From the IMG/VR virus record IMGVR_UViG_3300009566_000070, positions 1 to 46,136 of that record: a stretch of DNA of 46,136 nt. One strand, 5' to 3'. Origin of the DNA: a virus (taxonomy: Duplodnaviria > Caudoviricetes). Shown here piece by piece: positions 44,063 to 46,136 of this stretch (its first letter is position 1; every line of letters starts with the position of its first letter). The translations under genes were made by a program, and so were the position numbers. Under the pieces are notes generated by a model. The model was not told where the DNA came from. It worked only from the letters and a program-made list of their open reading frames with translations, and did not search any database.

Positions 44063-44392
44063 GTGCTCGACGGAGTAATAATTAAAGCCAGCAAAGCAGC
44101 GAATAATCTTTATGATCGAGAAATCACAGGAAAACCGATACTCGATCTGGTTGACTCATCGGAACGTGATAAATTGATAAGCAGAATAAAACAATACATC
44201 AACACAAACAGAGGGAATATTAAAAAAAATTTATATCTCGATCACACATGCCAATTCTATTTCGGTGTTAAGAGCAAAATAATATCGTGGCAGGGTAAAA
44301 AAGCAATCTTCAGTATCGCCGAAAAAATGGACATTCCCGTTCAAATGCCATTATCGATTTTCGAATATCAAAATAACGGGATCGATTTATAG
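44063..44392 (+). CDS. PAS-domain protein (possibly expressed as a frameshift fusion to the repressor)
   Basis: (NIYII)VLDGVIIKASKAANNLYDREITGKPILDLV...FGVKSKIISWQGKKAIFSIAE. The frame is open from 43940 with no ATG or SD. Confidence 0.65.
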   Translation: MLDGVIIKASKAANNLYDREITGKPILDLVDSSERDKLISRIKQYINTNRGNIKKNLYLDHTCQFYFGVKSKIISWQGKKAIFSIAEKMDIPVQMPLSIFEYQNNGIDL

Positions 44393-44399
44393 GTTTTTT

Positions 44400-44807
44400 A
44401 TGGATTTCGGTTATATATTTTTAATATTATTTTGGGGAGCAGCTGTCGTACTTATTTTTTACATAATAAAAAAAATAAGAGGTGAAGAAATCATGGATGA
44501 TACGATCAGAAAATGCTTTACATGCGGATATAGCGGCCCAATGAAAACGTGGCTCAGAAATTATAACGGCCCGCAGTTTATTGCCGTGCTGCTTTTAATT
44601 TGTTACATCATTCCCGGTATAATATTTATTGCGTGGGGATGGGGAAAATATAAATGCCCTTCCTGCGGAGCACTGGCAAAAAATGCGCCGACCGAAGCCA
44701 AAAATATAAACGCTGCTAAACCAGCGGAAGAAAAAAAATGTCCCTTCTGCGCTGAAATCGTCAAGGCAGAAGCCATAAAATGTAAACATTGCGGATCAAA
44801 AATATAA
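44400..44807 (+). CDS. Membrane protein with zinc ribbons (lysogeny-expressed accessory)
   Basis: TM helices, CFTC..CPSC, C-terminal KKCPFCAE.VK.EA.KCKHCG. Confidence 0.7.
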   Translation: MDFGYIFLILFWGAAVVLIFYIIKKIRGEEIMDDTIRKCFTCGYSGPMKTWLRNYNGPQFIAVLLLICYIIPGIIFIAWGWGKYKCPSCGALAKNAPTEAKNINAAKPAEEKKCPFCAEIVKAEAIKCKHCGSKI

Positions 44808-44808
44808 T

Positions 44809-44967
44809 ATGAATCTTAAAAAATGCAATGATTGCGGAAAAGAAATAAGCATAAATTCCGGTCGATGTCCGTACTGCGGAGCACGCCATGATTATGGAAT
44901 ATACGCATATATGTTTATCGTTGCGATCGTCATCGCCATTATCGTGACAACCTGTTCAAAATATTGA
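44809..44967 (+). CDS. Small zinc-ribbon membrane protein (52 aa)
   Basis: MNLKKCNDCGKEIS....RCPYCG followed by a TM helix. Confidence 0.6.
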   Translation: MNLKKCNDCGKEISINSGRCPYCGARHDYGIYAYMFIVAIVIAIIVTTCSKY

Positions 44968-44969
44968 TT

Positions 44970-46136
44970 ATGGCAATTATCATCAAATGTAAAGACTGCA
45001 AAAAACGTCTTAATGGCGACACGGATCCATGTCCATCGTGCGGAGCTACCGAGCGACGCTTTATTATTGATTACTGGCCTGACGGCCGCCATGGAAAACG
45101 ATGCCAGAGATATCTGGATGACAGCATCAAAAGCCTCGATATCGCCCTGCAGTTTGATCGGGAAACTAAACTGGCCATTCGTGAGCGCCGCAATCCGGAA
45201 ACGTCGGAATCTCTCCCGCAATACTCCGAAACCATCGATGAACTTATCCCGGACTATATGGCATACTACCGTCTACAACATCGAAGCGCCGTCAATCCTG
45301 TTCGGCAGGAAAAATCATTTAAGGAACGCGAGGATTCGATTTATCGCGTTTCCAGAACCATCGGGCCGATGCCGGTCGTCCATTTTACGAAATCGACGGC
45401 AACGAAATATCAACTGACACGAAGCAAACAGGAATCGAAGAGAGGGACTTTCGTCAAGAACCGGACCATCAACAAAGAACTCACCTATATGATGTCCTTT
45501 TTTAAATACTGCAAAAAAGAAAGAGGTATCAACATCGAGCCGGAAATCGAAATGCTTCCCTATGATCGGCCGGAACCGGCATTCCTTTCTCCACGGGAGA
45601 TTATAAAATTCATCAAAGCGGCACAGAGCGAACCGTTTTGGTATGCATATTTTCTTTGCTGCTACACCGTGGGCTTTCGCCTGACAGAAACAACGTATTT
45701 GAAAAAATCCGATGTTGACCGGGCCAACAAAATTATCAAATTAGTTCAAAAGGGCGGCGGGGAAAAAATTGAACCGCTCAATCCTATTCTCGATCACGCA
45801 CTAAAAAAACTCGATAAAATAAAATACAAAAAGGACAATCCCGAAGGATATTATTTTTTATCCAAACGGACAGGACGGCCAGTCCAGAACCCGCACGGTG
45901 CCATCGAGCGGATCGCAAAGCGTGCCGGCATCAAAAAACATATCACGCCGCACATGTTCCGGCACAGTATCGCGACCCACATGCTCGCCCAGGAAACCAA
46001 TATGAGAACAATCCAAAAGATGCTCGGGCATGCCGACATCGCGACGACCCAGAAATACACCCACGTCGTCACCGACGACATCCGGAGGGCAACAAAAAAC
46101 ATGTTTCAGAAAATGCAAAAGGCGCTATCAAAATGA
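44970..46136 (+). CDS. int: Tyrosine integrase with N-terminal zinc ribbon
   Basis: Catalytic R (VGFR), K (QKGG), HMFRH, LGH, TQKY; N-terminal CKDC..CPSC. Confidence 0.95.
   Translation: MAIIIKCKDCKKRLNGDTDPCPSCGATERRFIIDYWPDGRHGKRCQRYLDDSIKSLDIALQFDRETKLAIRERRNPETSESLPQYSETIDELIPDYMAYYRLQHRSAVNPVRQEKSFKEREDSIYRVSRTIGPMPVVHFTKSTATKYQLTRSKQESKRGTFVKNRTINKELTYMMSFFKYCKKERGINIEPEIEMLPYDRPEPAFLSPREIIKFIKAAQSEPFWYAYFLCCYTVGFRLTETTYLKKSDVDRANKIIKLVQKGGGEKIEPLNPILDHALKKLDKIKYKKDNPEGYYFLSKRTGRPVQNPHGAIERIAKRAGIKKHITPHMFRHSIATHMLAQETNMRTIQKMLGHADIATTQKYTHVVTDDIRRATKNMFQKMQKALSK

Larger units (their letters stand above)
1287..46136. mobile_element. Lambda-like temperate prophage integrated at tRNA-Gln
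   Basis: Continuous tail, head, lysis, packaging, replication, immunity and integrase modules starting right after the tRNA 3' end. The second att copy is expected just beyond the window. Confidence 0.93.

Overview
A host gene and tRNA-Gln(CTG) at the left edge are followed by an apparently complete ~45 kb lambda-like (cos/GpA-terminase, long-tailed) prophage ending at a tyrosine integrase at the right edge. Almost all phage genes are on the - strand. Read from the right end they are: immunity region, tRNA-Met, cos-like site, an accessory operon, terminase small subunit, P4-type helicase/primase and ParB, terminase large subunit, head genes, lysis cassette, head-tail genes, a glycosylation-like module and tail genes. 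The main signal is at 38927-40016. There, a nuclease-less Nop-domain (IS110-related) protein with a zinc-ribbon insertion is directly followed by a strictly 36-nt-periodic array of two alternating 9-nt repeats and unique 9-nt spacers. This is the layout of a TIGR-Tas (TasA-type) RNA-guided system, here flanked by uncharacterised, probably co-transcribed partner genes. Other notable signals: a predicted programmed -1 frameshift fusing the CI-like repressor to a PAS domain; a dispersed structured repeat overlapping four late-gene start codons; shared QRG-ending leaders on the capsid and decoration proteins; a LapG-like protease domain in a tail-end protein; and an atypical initiator-like tRNA. 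All protein calls come from motif recognition by eye; no searches were run.
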